A stretch of 63,568 nucleotides of DNA, filler included, from Rhabdomonas costata (Eukaryota): assembly GCA_019059605.1 (NCBI GenBank). It is 56 parts of 56 records of this genome, joined end to end, with 100 filler letters (N's around TTAATTAATTAA, not from the genome) between each part and the next. Parts side by side here need not be neighbours in the genome. Positions count along the whole stretch, not along the records: positions 62,535 to 63,568 come from JAHMHO010032128.1; 55 more parts are not named here. One strand, 5' to 3'. Below are positions 62,435 through 63,568 of this stretch, in pieces. Position 1 is the first letter of the stretch; every line of letters starts with the position of its first letter. Under the pieces are notes generated by a model. The model saw only the letters and a program-made list of their open reading frames with translations. It had not been told where the DNA came from and did no database searches. A program made the translations under genes and the position numbers.

Positions 62435-63568
62435 NNNNNNNNNNNNNNNNNNNNNNNNNNNNNNNNNNNNNNNNNNNNTTAATTAATTAANNNNNNNNNN
62501 NNNNNNNNNNNNNNNNNNNNNNNNNNNNNNNNNNGGTGGTTGTGCGATTGTGTGTATGTTGTTGAAGCAATAATTTTTGTGCGCTGCCATCGAGGAGAAA
62601 TATGTTTATGGTTTTGTCTGTATTGCATTTGATATTGCTCACCCACTGAAACTGGGAGCCAGTATGAATGACCATCATCACGTGAATTGTGGAGTTCGAA
62701 ACAAGACAATCCCTCTGCGCCCCAGATACGAAGAGTGTAGTGCATTTTGGTCATGGCTTCGCTGTATGGTTTTAGGCTAGGCTTTACGTTGTGAAACACA
62801 TTCAGGGAAGGGGAAGCTTTGAACTGCAACTGCAAAGCAACCGTCAGCTTTCCGGAGTAAAAAACAAAATTTAAGAGTCGAATTGTGGCCATACAGTAAG
62901 ACTGTAAGATGATCACAAAAAAGTGGCCCAAAACTACAGGTGGTCAGGCTCATTTTTGGCAAAAAAAACGGATTTCGGCAACCAAAAAGAAAAATACCTT
63001 CATTTATTACCCCCCGCACAGAAGGATTTCCACAGGATCCATTCGGGTACTAAAAGAAAGGAAGAGTAAGGTGGATGCAGCAACCCCTCGATCATCTCTG
63101 AGGCTCGCACGGCACAGTCGGGATAGTGCCCCAGCGTGGGAATGTCCACAGCACCGCCAAGTGGCATCAGCGCAGTGTGCTGCAGTGCCAAAAGGAGCGC
63201 TAGCAAAGGGGACATCATCGCGTAGAAGCTGCCCATCCAGCTTCCAGGCATGAGTTTTAAACCAAATATAACAAACACTAAAAAGAAATGCTTTGAATGA
63301 TCAAGGCACTGGCCCCTCCAAAGGGAGGGGTAATAAAGCTGCAAGGAGGCAGGAAGTCCTCGGGGAAAATATTGAGAGAGAGAGAGAGAGCGGAGTGAAG
63401 TGAGCAAATGAAAAAAGGACATGCTATTGGGAATCGCTCCGTTGGTGCACCTGAAGAAGAGACCTTAAATCAATTTCCGTAACGGCTCCGCGCCTTTTCA
63501 ACGTCCGACGCTGATACACTATCCAAATCAGGACAGAGGCAGCTCCCGTCGCAGAATCGCAACAAACA

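Noticed and set aside
1039-62534. Regularly spaced TTAATTAATTAA as a CRISPR-like or biological repeat array
   Set aside because: Always embedded in identical N runs; it is a concatenation linker.
1-63568. tRNA, rRNA, snRNA or spliced-leader RNA genes
   Set aside because: None recognised by eye; a covariance-model search would be needed to exclude them.

Overview
This window is not one locus. It is 56 unrelated short contigs (about 1033-1038 bp each) joined by an artificial 100-bp spacer (N44-TTAATTAATTAA-N44, a six-frame stop linker), so neighbouring contigs give no information about gene order. The DNA comes from an intron-rich eukaryote, probably a protist. A euglenid-like source is a plausible inference from the relaxed GT/GC donors and a possible trans-splice acceptor, but it is not proven. 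Many contig ends start with G/T-only bases and finish with C/A-only bases, several contigs fold back on themselves, and a few are G/T junk, all pointing to whole-genome amplification. Recognisable content: spliced exon fragments of an [FeFe]-hydrogenase maturase HydF/HydEF GTPase, BOP1/ERB1, SAC3/GANP, atlastin, ribophorin I, kinesin, cathepsin B, ferric reductase, ankyrin, Ig-like and coiled-coil proteins; decayed Ty3/gypsy gag, RT and integrase pieces; non-LTR RT, RNase H and CRE-like restriction-like endonuclease pieces; and an AT-rich virus-like fibre gene remnant. The best leads are the intron-containing HydF, the virus-like insert and the frequent GC-AG introns. All family calls are motif recognition by eye; no searches were run. 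A complete novel system cannot be shown from 1-kb fragments.
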